Positions 1-7,690 of a stretch of 17,578 nt of DNA are shown in pieces. The notes below the pieces were generated by a model. The model searched no databases. It had not been told where the DNA came from and saw only the letters and a program-made list of their open reading frames with translations. Position 1 is the stretch's first letter; each line of letters starts with the position of its first letter. The DNA is from a bacterium (GTDB lineage Bacteria; UBP7; UBA6624; JBBIMK01), in the NCBI GenBank assembly GCA_037444445.1, contig JBBIMK010000032.1:1-17578 (forward strand), given 5' to 3'. The position numbers were made by a program, and so were the translations under genes.

Positions 1-140
1 GCCGTTGCCATCCGAGGTGACGGTGGTGGTTCCCACAGGCCAGGGGAAGGGATTGTATTCCCGAAGGCTTCATTCCTGTTACCATCTTCCTTCACCTCCA
101 GAAAGAATATCATAACTTTTCATGAGAAGCAACTTATCAC

Positions 141-174
141 GGGAGGAGGCGAGCTCCTCCCCTACATTTTTTTT
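141..174 (+). terminator. Putative rho-independent terminator for a + strand transcript entering from the left of the window
   Basis: 8-bp GC-rich stem GGGAGGAG (141-148) / CTCCTCCC (154-161) with a 5-nt loop GCGAG. A 5-nt spacer separates it from a T8 tract (167-174). There is a U-tail only in the + orientation. The spacer between stem and T-tract is longer than ideal. Confidence 0.45.
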
Positions 175-183
175 CTTACTTTT

Positions 184-320
184 CAAGCGGGGTGGGGGGG
201 ATGAAATCCCGCTTCAGAGGTCAGTGAGATGGGCATTTCGCCCTGCAGGAAAACTACTTGCGATGTGAAAAAGAAACTTAAAGTTCCTCCTCACAAATCA
301 AAGACAGATGAAATTATGAC
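184..320. repeat. Copy A of a duplicated intergenic element (core 194-294); partner at 12124-12255
   Basis: Hand alignment at a constant offset of 11936 nt: positions 194-294 vs 12130-12230 are ungapped with 82/101 identical. Identical blocks include the 22-mer GGGGGGGATGAAATCCCGCTTC and the 14-mer GCAGGAAAACTACT. Weaker similarity (TGAAATT block) continues to about 320. Contains the hairpin GGGAT-GAA-ATCCC. Confidence 0.85.
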
Positions 321-344
321 ATTTATCATTTCTTTCTTTATTTT
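316..344 (+). promoter_or_regulatory. Possible sigma70-type promoter of the kor-hdr operon (ATGACA-N17-TATTTT) in an AT-rich tract
   Basis: ATGACA at 316-321, a 17-nt spacer, TATTTT at 339-344, about 18 nt upstream of ATG 362. Both hexamers are imperfect, and other alignments in this T-rich stretch are possible. Confidence 0.3.
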
Positions 345-361
345 TTTATCTTTTAATTACT

Positions 362-700
362 ATGGTTAGGATGAACAAAGAGGCGGTGAAATTCTCGGTG
401 GAGACGGACGGCGAGAAAGGCTCTTTCTGGAGAATTCCTCTGGATGTAGAGGCCTGGAAACGAAGTCAGGGGAAGGTGGTGGTGATCACCGAGCGGTGTA
501 AGGGGTGTAAGTTTTGCATCCAGTTCTGCCCCCTGAATGTGTTGAAGGAAAGCACCGCCATCAACAGCAAAGGGTATCACTATCCGGAAGTGGTTCTACC
601 GGAGGAATGCACGGGGTGCGGGCTTTGCGAGCATATTTGCCCCGAATTTGCCATCATCTCTAAAAAAGAGGGCGAGGTGCCTGTATGCGTGAAGTTCTAA
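362..700 (+). CDS. korD: 2-oxoacid:ferredoxin oxidoreductase delta subunit (2x[4Fe-4S] ferredoxin-like, OorD/KorD type)
   Basis: 112-aa ORF with two CX2CX2CX3CP motifs (CKGCKFCIQFCP, CTGCGLCEHICP). It is first in a D-A-B-G gene order like OorDABC. An alternative start is ATG 371. Its stop overlaps the next gene by 16 nt. Confidence 0.85.
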   Translation: MVRMNKEAVKFSVETDGEKGSFWRIPLDVEAWKRSQGKVVVITERCKGCKFCIQFCPLNVLKESTAINSKGYHYPEVVLPEECTGCGLCEHICPEFAIISKKEGEVPVCVKF

Positions 701-1848
701 CCGGGGAGCACTTCATGATGGGGGATTTTGCGAGCGCGGAGGGCGCCATTGCGGCAGGGTGTCGTTTTTTTGCCGGCTATCCGATTACCCCTTCCACGGA
801 GGTGGCGGAGCGGATGGCAGTCCGCCTGCCAGAGGTGGGGGGAATTTATGTTCAGATGGAGGATGAGTTAGCCTCATTGGCGGCGGTCATCGGCGCCTCC
901 TGCGGTGGCATGAAAGCGATGACCGCCACCAGTGGGCCCGGCTTCAGCCTGATGATGGAGCATATCGGCCTGGCCGTTATGCTGGAGGTTCCCTGCGTGG
1001 TGGTCAATGTCATGCGTGGAGGTCCCTCCACCGGCTTGCCCACCCTCGTAGGCCAGCAGGATGTGATGCAGGCTCGCTGGGGCTCCCACGGCGACTACGA
1101 ACTGATTGCCTATGCCCCCTCCAGCGTGCAGGAATCCTTTGACCTCACCGTGAAAGCCTTCAATATGGCTGAGCGCTATCGCGTCCCCGTCCTCTTGATG
1201 ATGGATGAAACCATCGGCCACATGACAGAGAAACTCAGAATCCCTGATAAAAGTGAGATTCCTCTAATGGAGCGGAAACGCCCCCGCCTTCCCCCCGGCA
1301 ATGGCTTTCTTCCGTATGAACCCGACCCCGATGACCTGGTTCCTCCCTTCCCACCTGTGGGTGAAGGCTATTTCTTCCACATCACCGGCTTGACCCATGA
1401 TGAGCGCGGTTATCCGGTGATTACCCACACCGCACAGGAAGCCCTGGTGGAACGCCTTGTTCAGAAAATCCGAAAAAATGCCCCTCAGATTATTGAATAT
1501 GAAGAATATCAGGTGGAAGATGCCGAAGTGCTGGTGGTTTCCTACGGCGTGAGCGCTCGCTGTGCTCTCTCGGGTGTGAAAAAAGCCCGGGAAGAAGGCA
1601 TCAAAGCAGGCTACTTACGCCTCATCACACTCTGGCCCTTCCCCGAGCAACGCATCTATCAACTCGCCCGTCAGGTGAAAGGCTTTGTGGTGGCGGAAAT
1701 CAACGCCGGGCAGATGATTCGGGAAGTGGAACGCTCCGCCAGAAAAGATATGCCTTTCGTTCTCGTGAAAAAACTGGGGGGCGCCATTATTACTCCCGAG
1801 CAAGTTCAGGAGGGAATATGGCTGGCTCTGAAATCGTTCAGGAAGTAG
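685..1848 (+). CDS. korA: 2-oxoacid:ferredoxin oxidoreductase alpha subunit
   Basis: 387 aa. The N-terminus MREV...GDFASAEGAIAAGCRFFAGYPITPSTEV is the typical OFOR alpha signature. A GAGGTG SD lies 6 nt upstream. Size matches OorA/KorA. Confidence 0.92.
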   Translation: MREVLTGEHFMMGDFASAEGAIAAGCRFFAGYPITPSTEVAERMAVRLPEVGGIYVQMEDELASLAAVIGASCGGMKAMTATSGPGFSLMMEHIGLAVMLEVPCVVVNVMRGGPSTGLPTLVGQQDVMQARWGSHGDYELIAYAPSSVQESFDLTVKAFNMAERYRVPVLLMMDETIGHMTEKLRIPDKSEIPLMERKRPRLPPGNGFLPYEPDPDDLVPPFPPVGEGYFFHITGLTHDERGYPVITHTAQEALVERLVQKIRKNAPQIIEYEEYQVEDAEVLVVSYGVSARCALSGVKKAREEGIKAGYLRLITLWPFPEQRIYQLARQVKGFVVAEINAGQMIREVERSARKDMPFVLVKKLGGAIITPEQVQEGIWLALKSFRK

Positions 1849-2687
1849 AAACCACCGCTTCCGTTCATTCCTTAGAAGAGTATCTTCGTTCCGACCGAAT
1901 GCCCCACATCTGGTGTCCGGGGTGCGGGCTGGGAACCGCCATGGGTTGCTTCATCCGCGCCCTGATGGAATCCCACATTCCCCGGGAAAAGGTGGTAGTG
2001 GTCTCCGGCATCGGGTGCACCGGGCGGATTGCCGGCTATGTGAAACTGGATTCTTATCATGTCACCCACGGACGCCCGATACCCTTTGCGATCGGATTAA
2101 AACTGGCTCGCCCGGATTTAACCGTGGTCGTGTTCTCCGGCGATGGAGATTTAATCGCCATCGGTGGAAATCATTTCATCCACGCCGCCCGACGCAATGT
2201 GAACATCGTTGTCTTCTGCGTGAACAACTTCAACTACGGAATGACAGGTGGTCAGTTTGGCCCCACCACCCCCCTGGGCTCTTTGACCACTACCACCCCT
2301 TACGGATGCATAGAACATCCATTCAATCTGCCCCATCTGGCCACCGCCTCCGGCGCCGTCTATGTGGCCCGCTGGACCGTTCTTCACATGTATCAACTCA
2401 AGAGAAGTATGAAAGAAGCCCTGGTGAAGAACGGGTTCAGTTTCATTGAAATCCTCTCCCCCTGCCCGGTGAGCTTCGGCCGCCCCAATCAGTGGGGTGA
2501 GGGTGTGGATGAACTCCTTCATTACCAGTCCCACTGCATCATTAAGCACGGCGCTGACCCTGCTGAAGCAGGCATTGGCCTGGATACCCCTATCATCGTA
2601 GGGAAATTTGTGGATATAGAAAAACCCACCCTTCTGGATACCCTCCAGCAACTGAACGAGAAGGTAATGGGAGGTGTGAAGAAATGA
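1818..2687 (+). CDS. korB: 2-oxoacid:ferredoxin oxidoreductase beta subunit (TPP- and [4Fe-4S]-binding)
   Basis: 289 aa. Carries the WCPGCGLG...GIGCTG cysteine motif and the SGDGD...N TPP/Mg motif typical of OFOR beta subunits. An AGGAGGG SD lies upstream. Overlaps korA by 31 nt. Confidence 0.92.
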   Translation: MAGSEIVQEVETTASVHSLEEYLRSDRMPHIWCPGCGLGTAMGCFIRALMESHIPREKVVVVSGIGCTGRIAGYVKLDSYHVTHGRPIPFAIGLKLARPDLTVVVFSGDGDLIAIGGNHFIHAARRNVNIVVFCVNNFNYGMTGGQFGPTTPLGSLTTTTPYGCIEHPFNLPHLATASGAVYVARWTVLHMYQLKRSMKEALVKNGFSFIEILSPCPVSFGRPNQWGEGVDELLHYQSHCIIKHGADPAEAGIGLDTPIIVGKFVDIEKPTLLDTLQQLNEKVMGGVKK

Positions 2688-3259
2688 GTATTGAAGTTCG
2701 CATTTCGGGATTCGGTGGTCAGGGCATTATCCTATCGGGATTCATCCTGGGCAAGGCCGCCTCCCTTTATGATGGAAAAAACGCTGTTTTCACCCAGAGT
2801 TATGGACCGGAAGCACGAGGAGGGGCCTCCGCCGCCGACCTGGTGATTGCCACCTCCCCGGATGAGGCCGTGGATTACCCCAAGGTTCAAAACCCCCACA
2901 TCCTCGTCGTCATGTCCCAGGATGCCTACTTTACTTACCGAAACACCCTGCGCGAGAATGGGCTTCTCATCTACGACTCCGACCTGGTAACTGTGGAGAC
3001 GCAAGGCAAGAATGAACACCCCGGCTTGCCCTTCCCCGCCACTCGCCTCGCAGAGCAGGTGCTGGGGAAACGCCTCGTCGCCAACATCGTTATGCTGGGT
3101 GCTCTCTCCGCCGTCACCTCGGTTGTTTCCCTGCCCGCCCTCCAGAAAAGTGTGGAAACCAGTGTGAAGAAAGCCTTCGTGGACCTGAACTTAAAAGCCC
3201 TCCAGGAAGGTTATCTTTCCGCAGAAAGGATGGCTACCCCCTATGCGATTAGAGCCTGA
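2684..3259 (+). CDS. korC: 2-oxoacid:ferredoxin oxidoreductase gamma subunit
   Basis: 191 aa. The N-terminal ISGFGGQGIILSG motif and the size are typical of OFOR gamma subunits. ATGA start/stop overlap with korB. A GGGAGGTG SD is present. Confidence 0.9.
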   Translation: MSIEVRISGFGGQGIILSGFILGKAASLYDGKNAVFTQSYGPEARGGASAADLVIATSPDEAVDYPKVQNPHILVVMSQDAYFTYRNTLRENGLLIYDSDLVTVETQGKNEHPGLPFPATRLAEQVLGKRLVANIVMLGALSAVTSVVSLPALQKSVETSVKKAFVDLNLKALQEGYLSAERMATPYAIRA

Positions 3260-3785
3260 CCTGAAACTGAAAATTGTGGACATTCTTGGCTCCAGAGAGT
3301 TTTATCACTGCTACCAGTGCGGACGGTGCACCTCCTTCTGCCCGGTCTTCAACCACTTCCCTCATGCCTTTAATCCCCGCAAGATTATACAAAAAATGTT
3401 CATCGGCTTTACGCCGGTTCTTCAGGACCCTTCCCTCTGGCTCTGCACCACCTGCTATGAGTGCTTTGAGCACTGCCCTTTCGGAATTAACCTCGCCGAT
3501 GTTATCGTCGCGATGAGGAATCTCGCCGGAAAAAGATATGGAACCCGGAAGGAATTAACAGCGGAGTGGAACCAGATGTTATCTTCCGGCTATATCTACC
3601 CTGAAACAGAGCGCCTTCGGAAAATCAGGAGCGAACTCTCCTTGCACCCTCTGGCTCCTGACGGAGCAGAGGATTTGAAGCACCTGGTGTCTGCCCTTCA
3701 GGAATCTTTTCCAAAGGCTTCCGCTTCCCCGATGGCTTCTGCCCCGTCAGGTGCTGAAAACACGGAGTGCCACCCACATGGATGA
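3243..3785 (+). CDS. hdrC: Heterodisulfide reductase subunit C-like (2x[4Fe-4S])
   Basis: 180 aa with CYQCGRCTSFCP and CTTCYECFEHCP (both CX2CX2CX3CP). The start ATG lies 17 nt inside the korC 3' end. It is followed by hdrB and hdrA. Confidence 0.85.
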   Translation: MRLEPDLKLKIVDILGSREFYHCYQCGRCTSFCPVFNHFPHAFNPRKIIQKMFIGFTPVLQDPSLWLCTTCYECFEHCPFGINLADVIVAMRNLAGKRYGTRKELTAEWNQMLSSGYIYPETERLRKIRSELSLHPLAPDGAEDLKHLVSALQESFPKASASPMASAPSGAENTECHPHG

Positions 3786-4671
3786 GAAGTCCGCTGTTTC
3801 CACTTCCTATACCCTTTTCACCGGCTGCCTCATCAACCTGCGGTATCCACATTTTGAGGTAACAGCGAGGGAATCCGCCAATCGGTTTGGAATCCAACTG
3901 CAGAATTCTGCCCATTTCACCTGCTGTCCCGACCCTGTGGGAATGAAATCTATGGATTCCACGCTCTGGCTGACCCTGGCAGCGAGAAACCTCTCGGTGG
4001 GGGAGGAGAAAGGTTTCCCCATCGCCACCCTCTGCAACGGCTGCTTTGAGACCCTCAACACCGCCAACCGCATCCTCAAGTCGGATTCCACTAAAAAGGC
4101 TCAGGTCAATACCCTGTTAATCAAAAGTGGACGCGAGTTCAAGGGTGCCCTGGAAGTCAAGCACCTGGTTCAAATCCTCTACGAAAAAGTGGCACCAGAT
4201 GGTATTCGCAAGGCAGTGCAGAAGCCCCTGACAGGGATGGTGTTAGCCACCCATCCAGGTTGTCATGCTCTCCGCCCCAGCCCCTTCGTCCGATTTGACC
4301 ATCCCATTGAGCCGAAAGTTCTGGATGAAATGGTGGGTGCCCTCGGAGCAAAAGTGCAGGATTACAACCGGAAAATGATGTGCTGTGGCCTCCCCATTTA
4401 CAACTACGATAAACAGGTTTCCACCGGTCTGGCAATGGCAAAAGTCCGGTATCTTCAAGGTGTGGACGGGCTCGTCGTTACCTGCCCCTCCTGCTTCTTG
4501 CAGTTTGAATCCGCTCAACTCCTTGCGAAAGATAAAACCATTCCCCCTCTGCCCATCTTCTACTATTTTGAACTCCTCGCACTGGCTTTAGGTGTGGACC
4601 CCCACCGAATTGGATTTGCCCATCACCGCATTCCGGTGGACGAGGCTATCCAGAAAATTCAGCAGACATAG
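3778..4671 (+). CDS. hdrB: Heterodisulfide reductase subunit B-like (two CCG domains)
   Basis: Two complete CCG modules, counted by hand: C-X31-CC-X35-C-X2-C (TGC...FTCCPDP...CNGC) and C-X39-CC-X32-C-X2-C (PGC...MCCG...CPSC). I prefer ATG 3778, which gives an ATGGATGA overlap with the hdrC stop. An in-frame GTG at 3751 is the alternative start. Confidence 0.88.
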   Translation: MDEKSAVSTSYTLFTGCLINLRYPHFEVTARESANRFGIQLQNSAHFTCCPDPVGMKSMDSTLWLTLAARNLSVGEEKGFPIATLCNGCFETLNTANRILKSDSTKKAQVNTLLIKSGREFKGALEVKHLVQILYEKVAPDGIRKAVQKPLTGMVLATHPGCHALRPSPFVRFDHPIEPKVLDEMVGALGAKVQDYNRKMMCCGLPIYNYDKQVSTGLAMAKVRYLQGVDGLVVTCPSCFLQFESAQLLAKDKTIPPLPIFYYFELLALALGVDPHRIGFAHHRIPVDEAIQKIQQT

Positions 4672-4686
4672 AGGAGTGGAAGGTGT

Positions 4687-7089
4687 ATGATGCAAGCAGA
4701 CGGACAAATCCGCATCGGTGTGTATGTCTGCCACTGCGGGTTGAATATCGCTGGCTCGGTGGACTGTGATGCGGTGGCGAAATACGCCGCCTCTCTCCCC
4801 GGCGTGGTCGTCGCAAAAGACTATCGCTATATGTGTTCCGACCCCGGCCAGGCCCTCCTGAAGCAGGATATTCTTGAGTATAAGTTGAATCGGGTGATTG
4901 TGGCCTCTTGCTCCCCACGCCTTCACGAACCCACCTTCCGAGCCGCCTGCGAGTCTGCAGGGCTCAATCCCTACCTGTTTGAAATGGCAAACATCCGTGA
5001 ACACTGCTCCTGGGTGCACCTGTATGATAAGAAAAATGCTACGGAGAAGGCGAAGGACCTGGTGCGGATGTCCGTCGCCAGAGCCCATTTCTTGAAGCCC
5101 CAGACAGAGCAGGAAGTGCCAGTCCAGCGGGAGGCGCTGGTCATCGGCGGTGGCGTGGCCGGCATTCAAGCCGCTTTAGACCTCGCAGATACAGGCTACC
5201 ATGTCTATCTCGTGGATAAGAATCCCTCCATCGGCGGGCGTATGGCTCAGATTGATAAAACCTTCCCCACTATGGACTGCTCCATCTGCATCCTCGCCCC
5301 AAAGATGTCTGAAGTCGGCAGACATAAGAATGTGACCCTCCTGACTCATAGCGAGGTCAAGAATGTTTCCGGCTACATCGGAAATTTCCAGGTGGAAGTC
5401 CTGAAAAAACCACGCTATGTTACCGATGAATGCACCGCTTGCAACGACTGCTCTAAAGTCTGCCCCGTCGCTCTGCCCAACGAGTTTGATGTAGGGCTTG
5501 CTGTTCGCAAAGCCATTTACATCCCCTTCCCTCAGGCAGTTCCCTCCAAATATATCATTGATATGAATCACTGCCTCTCACGAAGCGCCGTTTCCTGCGA
5601 GGAATGCGTGAAAGCCTGCGGCCCCAAGTGCATTGACTTTGATATGCAGCCCGAAACCCTTTCCCTCCATGTGGGCACCATCATCGTCGCCACCGGCATG
5701 GATGTGTTTGACCCTTCAGCACTCAGAGAATACGGCTACGGTCAGTATGAGAATGTGATTACCAGCCTGGAGTTTGAGCGGCTGATTAACGCAGCAGGCC
5801 CCTCGGCGGGCAGGCTCATTCGCCCCTCCGACCGCAGAATTCCCAAAAATGTGGCCTTCATCCAGTGCGTCGGCTCCCGAACCTTCACCAACGGCATGCC
5901 TTACTGCTCCAATGTCTGCTGTATGAACACCGTCAAAGATTCCCTCCTGATTAAAGAGCACTGGCCCGATATTGACATCTATGTGTTCTATATGGACATC
6001 AGGGCTTTCGGTAAAGGATTTGAAGCCCTCTTCCGCAGGTCCAAAGAGGAAGGCGTCACTTATATCCGGGGCAAGCCCTCACGCATTGAACCGTTAGAAA
6101 ATGGCAATCTGGTGATTCACGCCGAAGACACTCTCCTCGGTGAGCCCATACAACTGGAAACGGATATGGTGATTCTTTCTGTGGGACTGGTTCCTCGCAA
6201 GGACAGCGATGTGGTGCAAAGGCTCCTCTCTCTCTCCCGGACGGAAGATGGCTTTTTCCTGGAATCCCACCCGAAATTGAAGCCCGTGGACACGGCGGTG
6301 GGAGGAGTCTTCCTTGCCGGTACCTGCGAATCGCCCAAGGACATCAAGGATAGCGTCACCCAGGCCTCCGCAGCCGCCGCCAGAGCCAGCATCCTCATGG
6401 CAAAAGGAAAGGTGAAGGTGGAAGCCCTCACCCCCATACTGGTTGCCGAGAATTGCACCTTCTGCGGGCTGTGCGTCAAGGCCTGCCCCTTCCACGCCTG
6501 GCAGATGGAACTGAAAGCCAGGAAGCCACCCACTCTCATTGAGGCTTCCTGCCAGGGATGCGGCAACTGCGGCGCCGAATGCCCCTCCGACGCCATCATT
6601 ATGCGCCACTTCCCCGATGAAGCCATCTTCGCTGAAATTGATGCCCTCACGGAAGAAAACCCCCACAAGAAAATCCTCGCCTTCAACTGCAACTGGTGCT
6701 CCTATGCGGGTGCCGACCTGGCTGGCGTCTCCAGAATCCAGTATCCCCCGGAAGTTCGTATCATCCGAACGATGTGCTCCGCTCGTGTGGCAGAAAAATT
6801 CGTCCTCCACGCCTTCAAACGCGGCATCGGAATGGTCCTCGTCTCCGGCTGCCACCCCGGCGATTGCCACTACATCAACGCTAACCTCCACACAAAAAAA
6901 AGGGTAGAACGCCTCTGGAAGCGCCTGGAACACCTCGGTATTGACAGGAATCGCCTCCACCTGGGCTGGTACTCCGCCGCCGAAGGCGAACAGTTCGCCA
7001 ATAAAATTCGCGAAATGTCCAAACAACTCCAGAAAGTCACCCCTCAAGAAATCGCCACCACTCGCGAAATCCTCGCCGCCAGAGCCTGA
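4687..7089 (+). CDS. hdrA: Heterodisulfide reductase subunit A fused to an MvhD-like (methyl-viologen-reducing hydrogenase delta) domain
   Basis: 800 aa. FAD motif VIGGGVAGIQAALDLA. HdrA signature FIQCVGSR...YCSNVCCM. Ferredoxin inserts CTACNDCSKVCP, CTFCGLCVKACP and CQGCGNCGAECP. C-terminal aa ~661-785 (FNCNWCSYAGADLAG...RTMCSARV...SGCHPGDCHY) is MvhD-like. A GGAG-rich SD precedes the ATGATG start. Confidence 0.92.
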   Translation: MMQADGQIRIGVYVCHCGLNIAGSVDCDAVAKYAASLPGVVVAKDYRYMCSDPGQALLKQDILEYKLNRVIVASCSPRLHEPTFRAACESAGLNPYLFEMANIREHCSWVHLYDKKNATEKAKDLVRMSVARAHFLKPQTEQEVPVQREALVIGGGVAGIQAALDLADTGYHVYLVDKNPSIGGRMAQIDKTFPTMDCSICILAPKMSEVGRHKNVTLLTHSEVKNVSGYIGNFQVEVLKKPRYVTDECTACNDCSKVCPVALPNEFDVGLAVRKAIYIPFPQAVPSKYIIDMNHCLSRSAVSCEECVKACGPKCIDFDMQPETLSLHVGTIIVATGMDVFDPSALREYGYGQYENVITSLEFERLINAAGPSAGRLIRPSDRRIPKNVAFIQCVGSRTFTNGMPYCSNVCCMNTVKDSLLIKEHWPDIDIYVFYMDIRAFGKGFEALFRRSKEEGVTYIRGKPSRIEPLENGNLVIHAEDTLLGEPIQLETDMVILSVGLVPRKDSDVVQRLLSLSRTEDGFFLESHPKLKPVDTAVGGVFLAGTCESPKDIKDSVTQASAAAARASILMAKGKVKVEALTPILVAENCTFCGLCVKACPFHAWQMELKARKPPTLIEASCQGCGNCGAECPSDAIIMRHFPDEAIFAEIDALTEENPHKKILAFNCNWCSYAGADLAGVSRIQYPPEVRIIRTMCSARVAEKFVLHAFKRGIGMVLVSGCHPGDCHYINANLHTKKRVERLWKRLEHLGIDRNRLHLGWYSAAEGEQFANKIREMSKQLQKVTPQEIATTREILAARA

Positions 7090-7109
7090 CCCCCCCCTCT
7101 GATTTTTTT
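7080..7109 (+). terminator. Weak candidate terminator after hdrA
   Basis: 5-bp stem CAGAG (7080-7084) / CTCTG (7097-7101) with a 12-nt C-rich loop that contains the stop codon, then A + T7 (7103-7109). The stem is short, so this is only suggestive. Confidence 0.3.
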
Positions 7110-7363
7110 CCTCCCGAACTCCGCTCTCTGACTCCTGAATCCGGAAATCCTCAATCCAATTAAGACTTCAAATCCTGCGCCTTTCTTCTACCCACTACCC
7201 GCAACGGGAAGAGCGGGGCAATGCCCCAGAGTAAAGTGATATTTCAAGACCTGTCTCCACAGGCGATGTGATGAGGAAGAAAGAAACGCCTTGATAGAAA
7301 AAAGATGCGCCTCACCCTTTTGCAGGTTCTGCTGGTGCACGATAACAGCCCCAATGGTTGGAT

Positions 7364-7690
7364 TCACTGGAAGACCTGGCGCTTGTAATAAAGCCTCCTG
7401 CCGTCAGGGGAAGGGAAAGACCCCGGAGTTTCGGGAAAATCCCGACTATCCGCCCATAGCAAATGCACCGCGTTATCAGACACAGCGCCCCCGGGGAAGT
7501 TCTTAACAGAGAATCCAGAGCTGGCACGGATGGGTGGCAACCCACTTCCGCCCCCGTCACTGCTCCCAATCATATAAACTTCATCAAAGTTCAGGGGGAT
7601 TTTATCAAAAGACCGGTGGATGCGATTTCTCCAGTTCTCCGGGGTCATCAGTAAAACGGGTGGCCCATCGCCCTTCGTCAGAAAAAGCAA
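7364..7690 (-). CDS. Hypothetical 108-aa ORF (possibly a gene remnant)
   Basis: TTG start overlapping the stop of the upstream 1281-aa gene. No SD and no recognisable motif. It is the only moderately protein-like frame in the 7090-7677 gap. Confidence 0.25.
   Translation of the reverse strand: MLFLTKGDGPPVLLMTPENWRNRIHRSFDKIPLNFDEVYMIGSSDGGGSGLPPIRASSGFSVKNFPGGAVSDNAVHLLWADSRDFPETPGSFPSPDGRRLYYKRQVFQ

Noticed and set aside
1-203. Window-edge ORF fragments: + frame 2 ending at TAA 113-115, + frame 1 ending at TGA 201-203, and - strand starts at 113 (ATG, no SD) or 85 (ATG with GGAGGTG SD).
   Set aside because: The fragments are too short and mutually exclusive. None has a recognisable motif. 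The + oriented terminator at 141-174 slightly favours a + strand gene ending at 115, but I cannot support a call.
6094-7047. 317-aa ORF on the - strand inside hdrA. Similar long antisense or alternative-frame ORFs occur at 874-1221, 1913-2449, 2151-2651, 4588-5169 and 6117-6692.
   Set aside because: They lie fully inside genes with unmistakable family motifs on the other strand or frame. Their translations are G/A/R/H/V-rich with no motifs, as expected for shadow ORFs of GC3-biased genes.
4687-7089. Looked for an in-frame TGA (selenocysteine), as found in some HdrA/MvhD proteins.
   Set aside because: The ORF is uninterrupted and all expected positions are Cys codons. There is no evidence for recoding.
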